Assembly: GCF_009914755.1 (NCBI RefSeq)
Contig: NC_060942.1
Strand: one strand, 5' to 3'
Origin: the human T2T-CHM13v2.0 reference genome, Homo sapiens
DNA: 64,000 bases
Shown: one piece after another, positions 28,044 through 44,197 of the stretch
Layout: each line of letters starts with the position of its first letter
Numbering within the stretch: position 1 is the first letter of the stretch
Program-made: the position numbers and the translations under genes
Notes under the pieces: model-generated
What the model saw: the letters and a program-made list of their open reading frames with translations, nothing else
What the model was told of the DNA's origin: nothing
The model's database searches: none

Positions 28044-28082
28044 GTTTACAAAAACTCAGTAGGCTCATCAGGTTTGTGGATG
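28044..28082 (+). other. Candidate exon C (39 nt, phase 1-1)
   Basis: ttctcatttcctgcttgcttggttacag|GT acceptor; strong ATG|gtaaga donor; continues frame as GLQKLSRLIRFVD. Confidence 0.5.
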
Positions 28083-28124
28083 GTAAGAAGTGAACCATTT
28101 TCCATAAAGTAACAGCAACAACTA

Positions 28125-28340
28125 ACCTTTACTGATCACTCATTATGCACCTGAGGTGCCCAAAAGGTTTTCCTTATATTAACACATTTAATCCTTACAA
28201 GTACCTTTCACAGGTACGAAAAACAAGAGACAGAAAGACAGAAAGACCTGCACAAGGTCACACATGTGGTAATTAGCAGTGATAATTGGAACCCAGACTT
28301 TCTGACTTCACAGTCCATCCCCTTAATTATGACACTGTTG
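28125..28340 (-). mobile_element. MIR
   Basis: catttaatccttacaa...cacaaggtcacac...ggaacccagactttctgact. Confidence 0.75.
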
Positions 28341-28731
28341 TCCTATCCAGCTCCAAATCCAACATATATTTTATTAAATTAAATTAGATTATGTTATATC
28401 CTAATGTGTTATCTTCTACCGATAGATTAACAACATTTTGCCTCTTATTACATGCGTTATGTAATGTTTGCATGATGGTGGTGCAAACAGTAGGACTGGG
28501 GAGCAGTAATATAATTTATGTTTATTGAGCTGAGGAACCCCTGTTGTCTTCCCTAACTCTAAAGACTTAACTTCAGTTTAATTCTTGGGCTTACACAAGT
28601 AAGAAAAAAAACATCAAAATAAGAAAATAAATAATCAAAAAAATCCCATTTACAGGCTCTACTTAATAAATATTGGTGGTCAGAGGTTCCCTTGTGTGTT
28701 CTTCGCCCTCAGGAGTTGAAAACTCAAATGC

Positions 28732-29499
28732 ATCAGTACCATGCTGCTTTTGTTACTATAGACCTGTAGAATAGTTTGAAGCCATGTAACATGATGCCTC
28801 CAGATTCGTTCCTTTTGCTTAGGATCACCTTAGCTATTTGTGCTCTTTTTTGGTTCCAGATGAATTTTAAAATAGTTTTTTTCTAGTTCTGTGAAGAATC
28901 TCAATGGTAGTTTAATAGGAATAGCATTGAATATATAAATTGGTTTGTGCAGTATGGCCATTTTTACAACATTGATTCTTCCTACCCAGGAGCATGGAAT
29001 GTTTTTCCATTTGTTTGAGTTATCTCTGATTTCTTTGAACTGTGTTTTGTAGTTCTCCTTGTAGAGATCTTTCAGCTCCTTAGTTAACTGTATTCCTAGG
29101 TATTTTATTCTTTTTGTGGCTGTTGTGAATAAAATTGCATTTCTGATTTGGCTCTCAGCTTCACTGTTGTTACAGGAATGTTAGTGATTTCTGCACATTG
29201 ATTTTGTATCCTGAGACTTTGCTGAAGTTGTTTACCAGCTTAAGAAGCTTTTGGGCTGAGACTATGGGGTTTGCTATATATAGGATCATGTCGTCTGCAA
29301 ACAGGGATAGTTTGACTTCCTTTCTTCCTATTTGGATGCCCTTTATTTCTTTCTCTTGACTGATTGCCCTGGCCAGGACTTCCAACGCTGTAATCTGTAC
29401 AACAAACCCCCGTGACACAAGTTTACCTATGTAACAAACCTGCACATGTATCCCTGAACTAAAAATAAAAGTTTTTTAAAAAGAAGAAGGAAAAAAAAA
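28732..29499 (+). mobile_element. 5'-inverted (twin-primed) L1PA13-16-like insertion
   Basis: Antisense ORF2 piece 28732-29390, then a short sense 3' end and A-tail; exact TSD aaaactcaaatgc (28719-28731, 29500-29512). Confidence 0.9.
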
Positions 29500-29711
29500 A
29501 AAACTCAAATGCCTGGAGCCTGGAGGAATTGACCCAACTGGGAACAGCCAGCCAAGCTGGTGGGATGGGAGGTGCTCAACTGCAGAGTATCGACCAAGCT
29601 GCAGGGGGTGCCACTCAACAACAGTCTGGCCTATGGTGGCCATGAGCGAAGGGTAGCCCAGTATCAATAACTCCTTTGATGTGTCCAGGGAAGTCAGAAA
29701 TACTGAATTTT

Positions 29712-30987
29712 CTTATTTTTTATTTTTATTTTTTACTTTAAGTTCTAGGATACATGTGCAGAATGTGCAGGTTTGTTACATAGTTATACATGTGCCATGG
29801 TGGCTTGCTGCACCTATCAGCCTGTCATCTAGGTTTTAAGCTCCACATGCAATAGGTATTTGGCCGAATGCTCTCCCTCCCCTTGTCCCCCACCCACTGA
29901 CAGTCCCCGATGTGTTTTGCTCCCCTCCCTGTGTCCATGTGTTCTCATTGTTCAACTCCTATTTATGTGTGAGAACATGCGGTGTTTGGTTTTCTATTCC
30001 TGTGTCAGTTTGCTGAGAATGATGGTTTCCAGCTTCATCCATGTCCCTGCAAAGGATGTTAACTCACTCTTTTTTATGGCTGTATAGTATTCCATGGTGT
30101 ATATATGTCACATTTTCTTTATTCAGTCTATCATTGATGGGCATTTGGGTTGGTTCCAAGTCTTTGCTATTGTAAATAGTGCTGCAATAAACATACGTGA
30201 GCATGTGCCTTTATAGTAGAATGATTTATAATCATTCTGGGTATATACCCAGTAATGGGATTGCTGGGCCAAATAGTATTTCTGGTTCTAGATCCTTGAG
30301 GAATCGCCACACTGACTTCCACAATGGTTGAACTAATTTACCTTCCCACCAACAGTGTAAAAACGTTCCTATTTCTCCACAGCCTCGAGAGCATGTATTG
30401 TTTCCTGACTTTTTAATAATCGCCATTCTGGTTTCACCCATGTCCCTACAAAGGACATGAACTCATCATTTTTTATGGCTGCATAGTATTCCACGGTGTA
30501 TATGTGCCACATTTTCTTAATCCAGTCTATCGTTGTTGGACATTTAGGTTGGTTCCAAGTCTTTGCTATTGTGAATAGTGCCGCTATAAACATACGTGTG
30601 CAAGTGTCTTTATAGCAGCATGGATGAAACTGGAAACCATCATTCTCAGCAAACTATCACAAGGACAAAAAACCAAACACCGTATGTTCTCACTCATAGG
30701 TGGGAATTGAACAATGAGAACACATGGACACAGGAAGGGGAACATCACACACCGAGGACTGTTGTGGGGTGGGGGGGAGGGGGGAGGGATAGCAGTAGGA
30801 GATATACCTAATGCTAAATGACGAGTTAATGGGTGCAGCACACCAACATGGCACATGTATACATATGTAACAAACCTGCATGTTGTGCACATGTACCCTA
30901 AAACTTAAAGTATAATAATAATAAAATTTTAAAAAATCACCATTTTGACTGGCATGAGATGGTATCTCATTGTGGTTTTGATTTGCA
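29712..30987 (-). mobile_element. 5'-truncated L1PA7-like element, interrupted
   Basis: Antisense L1 3'UTR and ORF2 end; TSD agaaatactgaatttt/agaaatattgaatttt. Confidence 0.9.
30431..30931 (+). mobile_element. Twin-primed young L1PA (about L1PA3/4) inside the L1PA7
   Basis: Antisense 30431-30622, sense 30619-30931, catg microhomology at the junction; TSD aataatcgccattctg/aaaaatcaccattttg. Confidence 0.9.
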
Positions 30988-31413
30988 AGAAATATTGAAT
31001 TTTAAAAGTTAACAATAAATTTAAAAACCAAATATAAAACATTGCAAAGACTGAAGAATACTTGTAGGCAGATAGATGACCTTTATAGCCTGGATGCTAC
31101 CTTGGTCTTCAGCTTGTTACCTCAGCTCTTCTGGTCTCTACTTTCTCTCTAGATGACATCATCTGTCTCCTTGGCTTCAAAGCCCATCTAACGTTTATGA
31201 CTTCCAAACTTATATCTGATCTTACTCCTGAGATCCAGACTTCAATCTCTAATTATCTCTTCAGCAAATTGTTGCTCAGAGGCACTTCACACTCAATGAG
31301 TTGATGAGAATCTCCCTGTCTATAAATCTTCTTCACTTGGAATGATTTGTACCTTGGTTAATGCAATCTATTGGGTGATTTCTATGAAATCACCCAATGT
31401 TCTTTGACTCCTC

Positions 31414-31683
31414 TTTTTTTTTTTTTCTGAGATGGTGTCTCGCTCTGTCACCCAGGCTGGAGTGCAGCGGCACGATCTCGGCTCACTACAGGCTCCGCCC
31501 CGGGTTCACGCCATTCTCCTGCCTCAGCCTCCCGAGTAGCTAGGACTACAGGGACCCGCCACCTCGCCCAGCTAATTTTTTGTATTTTTTTAGTAGAGAC
31601 GGGGTTTCACCATGTTAGCCAGGATGGTCTTGATCTCCTGACCTTGTGATCTGCCTGCGTCGGCCTCCCAAAGTGCTGCGATT
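31414..31683 (-). mobile_element. AluY, slightly 5'-truncated, within L2
   Basis: Y diagnostics (ttcacgccattctcc, gttagccaggatggtct); TSD ttgactcctc. Confidence 0.93.
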
Positions 31684-33579
31684 GACTCCTCATTTTTTAA
31701 ATCTCATAAATATTATTAATAAGTAAGTCCAATTGAATCTACCTCAAAATATTTCTAAAATCTGTCCAACAATTGCCCCAAAGTCTGCTAGTTAAGTAAA
31801 CTAGGAGTTTTCCAATTTTTTTAAACTACAATATATTTTCTTTTCACAAAATTTTACTTAAATTGTACTTAGAAGGCCAATTGCAATAGATATAAGTAGA
31901 TCTTGTCAGGTTGAAGTTGGATTGGAGACCCAGTCTCCCACCCACTCACCCTCATTGTCCTTTGAAGTGGCCCACGAGGCATCTCTAAGAGACTCACAAC
32001 AGTCCCCAAACACAGTTTAGAAACCAGACAGAAACATAAAACTCCAAACTGGCTTCATCACCACCACTCTTCCCATCTGCTGTACTGCTACAAAAATTAT
32101 CTTTCTGAAACACAGATGTGGTCAGATTTCTATTTAAAAAGCTTTGGTGGTACACTACTAACATAGAATAAATCCATACTTCTTAACGTGAATTTATACA
32201 CTTTACAAGCCAAGTGTATAGCCAGTCAGTAATTACACCTCAGTTCACACTACAGCCACGCTGACTTTTTCGTGATCTACTCTCTTGCCTCTTGCTTGGT
32301 TCATACTAGTACTTTGGCTAGTAAAAAGTTTAACCTGGGTTCAAAATGGTGCTGGAGATATAAGGCTGAAATGCTACTTGCTCCTCTAATTTCCACACTG
32401 CCTATCCAAATGTAATTGTTACCTATCAAGGGCAGGATCATTCAGACTGAAGGAAGAGTACAGTTGCTTCTATAACAGCCATGAGGTATATATGCTTAGT
32501 CTCCAATCATTGGATCACCTTTAGAGAGTGGCATTCATAAGGATGTATGGTGGGCATCCGATATCCACCTTGCTCATTAAATTGACTGGTCCCTATTATT
32601 GATCATTATAATCATGCAGTATTACCTAGCTTTCAACTAACCAAGGCACTTCTGGTTATCGTACATAGACTATTCATTTTCAAAGACACAATCAACAAAG
32701 CATCTATTTTGTGCCCTATATAATTAAGGCCCTATGAAAAAACAAGACAGTTTCTATGGTTAAAAAAATGTAATCTAGTTAAGAAAACAGAACTATAATT
32801 CCAAACTGTTTATGAGCAGCATAAAGAAATATACAATTAAGTAATTAAATATTATAGATGATTAATGCTAAACGAATTTAAGAGTAGGTATATAGATAGC
32901 ACTGTCTTTTAGAGTTCTTATAATAAACCTCACAAAGCAGATTGTTTTAAGCTGGGGTTTGGAAGGCAGGGAAGATTTACAGAAGATAAGGAAAAGGTGC
33001 TTCAGGCCAAAGAAATAATATAAACAAAGGTGCAGGATTAAAAACAAACTGGCTTGTGACTGCACCAGAAAGAGAAGAATGGACTAGAATGTTGGGTAAT
33101 TGAAAATACTTCAAATTCAAAGAGTTTCAAGTTTTTATAATAGGTTACAAAACATGATTGAAGGTCACGTTGTATGTGTTGGGTGCAGATGTCCCTGGAG
33201 AAACAACAAGAATATGAAATTTAAGGAAAAGCCATCTTGTACAGTGGTAGAGTGTGCAAGATGGATTATAGAAAGGAGACTGGAGTCGGAGAATCTGGTT
33301 CAAAAAGCAGAACACCTGTGCAGTAATTAAGATAAAATTAATGTAAGCCTAGACCAGAGTGGTACCCATGGTGCCTTGGAGAGAAGATGCCTCAGTGTGA
33401 AGGAAGAACCAACTGGGCTTTTGAGAGTCTGTGTTTTATCAATAAAAGAAAGAATGAGTGATACTAAATGAACACACGGTTTTCAGGGTTAGTGATATTG
33501 TTATGTTTTAACAGACACAAAAGCCAAATTGAGTGATGAAAAAAAGTTCCTTTTCTTTTTTAAAATGTTAAATTTTAAG

Positions 33580-34130
33580 ATTAACCTGGTTTCTCCAGAA
33601 AACAGAGCCTGAGGCAATTATTAAAGTGCTGATGCGTTGTTGGGGTGGGAATGAAAATACAACAAAGCAGGTAAGAAAGGAAGTTTAGTGAGACAGCAAT
33701 TCTTTCCTGTACTGGCTGCAATCTCACAAGGAGCGGAGGAGAGACACAGGAGGGGCCTTACCAGGTGTGTTCATTCAGCTCACAGGACTTTTCTAATCAG
33801 GCTGTGAGAAAGAACCATGCTCCAGATTAGTCTGTGGGGGAGAGGAGGAAAGAAAATCAATCTGCCTGTCTCCCTTCACACTCCTATTTCTCATTAGTCA
33901 AAAAATCACTCCAAAGGGCATCAACTACCGTCGTCATCTGGCTCTTAGGTATAAGCTTAGGATGCCAGAAGCTATAACCTGCAGTGTGGGGTTCCATCCA
34001 AGATCTGATGTGGTGCAGGGAGTCTGAAACTCCAGATATACAGCTGGTCAGCCAGGTGTGGCGGGCCAAGGGAGGGACTGGCACTTCTGGGGAAAGAAAC
34101 AAGTGGCTGTGGTGTCCTGGAAATGGGCGG
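33580..34130 (-). mobile_element. Old ERVL-class LTR (LTR33/LTR16-like)
   Basis: ggtttctccagaaaacagagcctgaggcaa terminus motif; the rest is diverged. Confidence 0.5.
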
Positions 34131-34510
34131 TGCCTTTGCAAAAAAGGACACATCATAGGGGTTATGATATAAGACATATATCACATATCATATATATCAT
34201 ATATCTGACATGATAAGTGATTAATCCATGTGGAATTAACCGGCAAAGGTTGGATATATGGGATAAAAGCCTGCGGGAAACCTTGTAACAAAAGCTGGTG
34301 GGTCAAAGTTTATAATTCAGCCCCCACGAAGTAATAATTAGAAATTGAGAGAAAGGGTGAGCCCTGGGAGAAAGAGAACACAAAGACAGGAGGGGAAAGA
34401 TGAGGACCTAACACTGAGAACTGAGGAGCACAGAGGAAAGCAAGGAAAGAAGAGAAATATGGTGTGGTCATATTAAAAACATTAGAAACAAAACAAAAAA
34501 TAAAATACAG

Positions 34511-34792
34511 TGTTTTAGTTCATTGCAGCTGCTATAACAAAATATCACATCGTAGACTGGGTGACTTATGAACAACAGAAATTTATTTCTCACAGTTCTG
34601 GAGGCTGGCAAGTCCAAGATAAAGGCACCTGCAGATTCGATGTAGTTGTCTGGAGAACGGGGGCCTGGCCTGTTTTCTGGTTTATAGAGGGCGCCTTCTT
34701 ACTGTATCCTCATATGGTAGAAAAAGGGGAGCTCTCTGGGGCCTCTTTTATAAGAGCACTAATCCCATTCATGAGGGCTCCGTCCTTATGAC
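34511..34792 (-). mobile_element. MLT1A0-like MaLR LTR, partial
   Basis: gctgctataacaaaata...aacaacagaaatttatttctcacagttctggaggctgg...taatcccattcatgagggctc. Confidence 0.9.
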
Positions 34793-34941
34793 AGGAGAGT
34801 TATCTATGGAGAATCCTGAGAGGTCAATCCATAGAGAAAAAATAAATCAAGATATCTCTTGTTGTGTACAGAAGGTGGGGTTGAAACTAAGGTGAGGACT
34901 GGGTTGGGGCTAGTCACAGAGAGACAAACAGCATTAAATGG

Positions 34942-35295
34942 TATCTTAGTTTGTTTGTGCTGCTAGAACCAAACACCACAGACTATGTCATTTATAGTGG
35001 ACAAACATGTATTGGCTCATGGTTCTGGAAGCTTGGAAGTCCAAAACTGAGGGGTAAAGATTTGGGGAGGGCCTTCTTGCTGCATCATCCCATGGCAGAA
35101 GAACAAAGACAATATGAGAGATTGCAAGAGATGAAACTTACAGCCTAAAGCCCTTTTATAATCAGAATTAATCCATTCATGTAGGTGGAGTCCTCATGAT
35201 CTAAACCTCCCATTAGGCCCCACCTCCCAACACCATTCCACTGGGTATTGCATTTCTAACACAAGCATTTAGTGAGATGCATTCAAACCGTAGCA
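34942..35295 (-). mobile_element. MST (MSTC/MSTD-like) MaLR LTR
   Basis: tcttagtttgtttgtgctgct...ggccttcttgctgcatcatcccatggcagaa...cattcaaaccgtagca. Confidence 0.85.
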
Positions 35296-35519
35296 AATAA
35301 TGAGCTTTAAAAGAAAACTGCCTGGGCCCCAAATCAAGCTCCACTACTTCCTTGCTGTAACCATGGCAAGTTACTTGGAAACTCCAGTTCTCGATTATCT
35401 CACTTGGAAAACAGATATAATAATAGAATCTATGCTATTGGATATAGTGACTAAAATGGGGTATAAATGACATGCTGTATTTGGCAGAGTGCCTAGCATG
35501 TAATAGAACTTTTTACACC

Positions 35520-36870
35520 ATGTATTTACATGGATGTCTCAAATGTAACATGTTTAATGATACCTCCCACCATTTGATGCACCTCTACCTAAAATAATCA
35601 CACCACTGTCCATTCAGCAAGCCAGACACCTAGAAGTCATACTTTGCACCTTATCCCTCATCTCCCACATCTAATCTGACATCAGTTTTACCTTCAAAGT
35701 ATCTATGTGAATCTATACCCTCTCAGTATCTATACTCCTATTATGCTAATCCAAATTGCTGTTTTGCTTTAGCTGTGCTACAAAAATGGTCCATGAACCC
35801 ATGAACTCAGGCACCTGCACAACCACTTTGGCTTTTCTGCAATCTCTTCTTGAATCCAGAGGCTCCCAGGCAGTGTCATGTATAAGACACAGATGCCCAA
35901 GGAACACAGTATACAACCGAAGGTCCAGCTTGTGAGTCCTAGAGAATAAGCCAGATGGAAGCTTCAACAGATACAGCTCAAGACAAGACCCAATTCTCTG
36001 TGTCAAATAGACTGGTATTTACTTCTGTCTGACATGCCATTTTATTGGCATCCAAGTAAACTGCAAGCTGACCTTTCTAACAAATACATTTATGCAAGTG
36101 CATTTCACAAATTAGAGCTTCGGTATTATGCTATAAGTTTTTTTATGAATTCAATTTTAACTATACGTCCTAGTGCTTTGTATTTCATTTTACTTACTAT
36201 AAATGGAGATATAAAGAATCTGTTAATTATTTATTTTCATCAAATCTCATCAAGATACTCCTAAATCCCCTCATTTTGACGAGGGGATGGAAGAAATATT
36301 ATCATTCTATATTTGTGCCATAACATGGGCAATTTAGGGAAATCAGAGTTCTTATCTGTAGTCAAAGCAGTCTTAAACAAAGCAAATCTGATCCTGTAAC
36401 TGCTCTGCATAAAAGCCTAATGCTTCATAGCGCTCTCGGAATAAAGATCAAAATAAGCAAAGTAGACTCCGGGCCTGTGTGTTTGCCCACACAATTCCCC
36501 TGGTTTTATCTTAGGCCACTCCTCTTCTCATTCTCTACATTTCAATTACCTTGACTTCTTTCATTTCCTTAAAGGCATCATGCCTACTGAAGTCATAGAA
36601 ACTTTGTGTATGCAAGTCTCTCTTTCTAAAATGAAAATGCCTTACCCAACCCTGCGCAGTTACCCAATTAATTGTATTTCATCCTTTAGCTCTTCGCTCA
36701 AGGATAACTTCCTCAAGGAAGACTTTCCTGTACTTAACCTCCTTCCCAGTGCAATTCAGGGCTTCTATGCACCTGTCAAATAACACATATACCTAGGTTC
36801 CCCTACTGTATTCCCAACATTTAACATACTACTCGACGTTTTGTAGGAGCTCAATGAAAAACTTGCAGAA
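35520..36870 (+). mobile_element. L2 fragments (35520-35745 and 36360-36870) flanking unassigned DNA
   Basis: tggatgtctcaaatgtaacatg...caagccagacacctagaagtcat; later gcaaatctgatcctgtaact...catcctttagctcttcgctcaag and an L2 tail. Confidence 0.6.
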
Positions 36871-37325
36871 ACTAGATTGAGGACAAAATTCTAGCAAGCC
36901 CTGCGTAAGGCCTCAGGTTGTGACCTTCGGCTGTTTTGCCCTGATTCAAGAAGGCTGACTCGCCTTACGTATGGCTGTTCCAAGGGTGGCATGTTCATTC
37001 CTAAAGACTCACTGTGCTGAAGGAGATATTTCCTTTTGCTTAACTTTGTAAGTGTGAAAAACTTTGAAGGACTTTTCAGGGAATAGAAATCAATCATCAT
37101 TAATCCTTCTCATATGACAAACTGTTTCATTTTTTATAACAGCTTCTGTTCATTGTCAAAATACGTTCATATTTTACACAGTGTACATATAATATTTGTA
37201 TGCTGCTTTTTATTCAGCATAATGTTACATACATTTTATTATTTTGTATTATTATGTATTATTACTACAAAGTCTTTATAGCTATCATTGTATGTAACGA
37301 CACAATTAGATCTTCCAAAATACTT

Positions 37326-37615
<290 letters not shown>

Positions 37616-38348
37616 AATATCTTCCAAAATACTTATCAAGAGAGTATAAGTGCCAAGTACCATGAAAGCACAGTGAAGCAAAAATTCATTCAATTTATAT
37701 AAAAAATGTTGAACAAAGAAATGATACAGAAATGCGAGAGGAAATGGGGTTAAAGAGGAGCTGTTTCTTTTTTTGTTTGCTTTAATTCCAAGGGTTAAGA
37801 TACCTTTGTGTGCTAATGGAAATAATCTTGTAGAAAGAAAATTGATGATGAATTTGGATTGTGGTTTTGACAAGTTAGGATTACACAGTGTAGGGGTTGA
37901 AAAGGTACAATACCTTTCCTTCAGAAGGGTCATGGCTGACACTCCTATAACAATGACAACAACAAAGACAGATTAAAAAGAGAAAAGCATGATACATTTA
38001 TTTAATCAAAGTGTTACATGACACAGGGGCCTTCAGAAATGAAGACCTAAAGACTCAAAGAAAACGATTTTTATGCTTAGGTCCAACAAAGAATGGACAG
38101 CCATGTAGAAATGTGATTGGACAAAAATGGTATGATATAATGGTAATAGACCTAAGTGGGAAAGACAGCGAAGGCTGCCTGTTCAGATTCTTCTTGACTT
38201 CTATTTGCAGCATTTCTTTCTCCCAGGTATAGACCAGGTATAGACCCCTTTGGAAATGAGGGTCTTATGATCTACTATCAGATAAAGTAGGCCAGAGAAT
38301 TTATGGCCATCTTCTACACAGAAAGGAAGGTGGAAGGTTAGAGCAATA

Positions 38349-41220
<2,872 letters not shown>

Positions 41221-41906
41221 TATTTCTAGTTCCTACTACCCATCTTGGGGAAGAAGAACTCCAGTCCTGTGGCCTGCCTTGGGGAAGGAAAGGAAGCAAG
41301 AGAAAGGCAGGCAGTAGAAGGTCAGAAAGAGGCTTTGCTTCTGAGGCCCTTCCAATGGTCTTCAGTTCAAAGTACTCTGCATGCCAAAGAGTTATACTTT
41401 TGGGTATCATTTTCTGAGCTCCAACAATAAAAGAGGAGCCCAGGATTTGAGAGGATATCCAAGAAAATAATTTTGATGATGTTTATTTCTTTCATACTCC
41501 TTGTTCTCAGGGGGCTCACAGCAGGTGAAGAAAAATACAAGAAACAGTACATAGTAAAAAATGCTAAAATAGAGAAATATAGGATGCCATGCAAACACAG
41601 AGGAAGGATTTGATGTACCATATTTTACTAAATCATTACAGAATACTTCTATTAATTATGGATAATATCACAATAAACATACTGGTGTACATATAGCACA
41701 TTTTTAATAATACTCCTACAAATACATCAGAATTATTTGATGTTTCACCTTATTAACTAATATTTGGATAGTTTTGTTCTATACTGAAATATTTCTGAGA
41801 ATGCTTAAAGTTTTGAGATTTTGTTTGGCTTTTAATATTGTAGTCACATTATTTCTATAATAACTTTCTTTTATAGATCATAGAGGTTTTCCAGGGAAAT
41901 GGGGGA

Positions 41907-42894
<988 letters not shown>

Positions 42895-43146
42895 GAGTCA
42901 AGCACAGCATCATTCTGAATTAGAAATAATCACTGCATCTGCCACCCAGCCTTGAGGAGGATGTTAATCAAAGACAGTTATCTCAAAAACCATGGCTTTC
43001 CTCTCTGTATTCTGGTTTTATTAGGGAGTTCCCACCAATATAGAATACAAATTGTGCCATCCTAGTTTATATATAACTAAACTCCAGGTGTGGAAACTAT
43101 AAGATTCTCTAGCATACAGAAGAGATATAAGAGGAGGTAATTCCTA

Positions 43147-43449
43147 GGCCAGGCATGGTGGCTTACGCCTGTAATCCTAACACTTTGGGAGGCCGAGGGG
43201 GGCGGATCACCTGAGGTCAGGAGTTCAAGACCAGCTTGGCCAACAGGGTAAAACCCCATCTCTACAAAAATACAAAAATTAGCCTGGCATGATGGCAAGT
43301 GCTTGTAATCCCAGCTACTTGAGAGGCTGAGGTGGAAGAATCACTTCATCCCGGGAGGCAGAAGTAGCAGTGAGCCAAGATCGTGCCATTGCGCTCCAGC
43401 CTGAGTGACAGAGCAAGGCTCCATCTCAAAAAAAAAAAGAAAAAAAAAG
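43147..43449 (+). mobile_element. AluS
   Basis: 17-bp TSD agaggaggtaattccta. Confidence 0.95.
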
Positions 43450-43880
43450 AGAGGAGGTAATTCCTATCTTATCCACATGATCATATCCACTCAAGATAAC
43501 TTATTACATATATTTTTAATTATTTTCTATTGATTAGTTACTCTGGGACTATTGAGTTAATCAGTCTCTTACCAACCAACATATATGTCTACTGCAGTTT
43601 TACTACAACCTTGTCAGTATTAAGTGCTATATTTTTAACTTAATATTTTCAATGTATGTTGTTGAAAAATATTTTGGAGCAATACAGAAAGACCCTCTGT
43701 ATAGTAAAATTGTCATTTTTCTTTTTAAAAAAACAAATGATTAGTTTTTTCTTAAATTACTGAACATGTATACTTCAATTCTTAATCTTCAAATCAGTTA
43801 AAAACAATCTCCTAGTGAAAAATGAAAAAAGCTCACACTCTTGTAGCGGAAAAGGTCTTCTTTTGAAAACAAAGTGCGTG

Positions 43881-44197
43881 GGCCAGGCGTGGTGGCTCAT
43901 GCCTGTAATCCCAGCACTCTGGGAGGCTGAGGTGAGCAGATCATGAGGTCAGGAGATCAAGACCATCCTGGCTAACACAGTGAAACCCCGTCTTTACTGA
44001 AAATACAAAAAAATTAGCCTGGCGTGGTGGCAGGCGCCCGTAGTCCCAGCTATTCTGGAGGCTGAGGCAGGAGAATGTCATGAACCCAGGAGGCGGAGCT
44101 TGTAGTGAGCCGAGATCGCGCCACTGCACTCCAGCCTGGGCGACAAAGTGAGACTCTGTCTCCAAAAAAAAAAAAAAAAGAAAAAGAAAAAGAAAAG
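43881..44197 (+). mobile_element. AluY
   Basis: gaccatcctggctaacac diagnostic; TSD aaagtgcgtg/aaagtgcatg. Confidence 0.95.

Larger units (their letters stand above)
28710..31105 (+). mobile_element. MER102-like hAT MITE in three pieces, host to nested L1s
   Basis: caggagttgaaaactcaaatgc|ctgg...cccagtatcaataactcctttgatgtgtccagggaagtcagaaat...; the pieces rejoin across the two TSDs. Confidence 0.6.

Noticed and set aside
30765-30790. G-quadruplex-forming G-tract
   Set aside because: Ordinary L1PA 3'UTR feature
41480-41530. Acceptor plus 14-nt microexon-like segment
   Set aside because: Weak donor (gtgaag), frame-shifting length, and resembles an antisense L2 remnant
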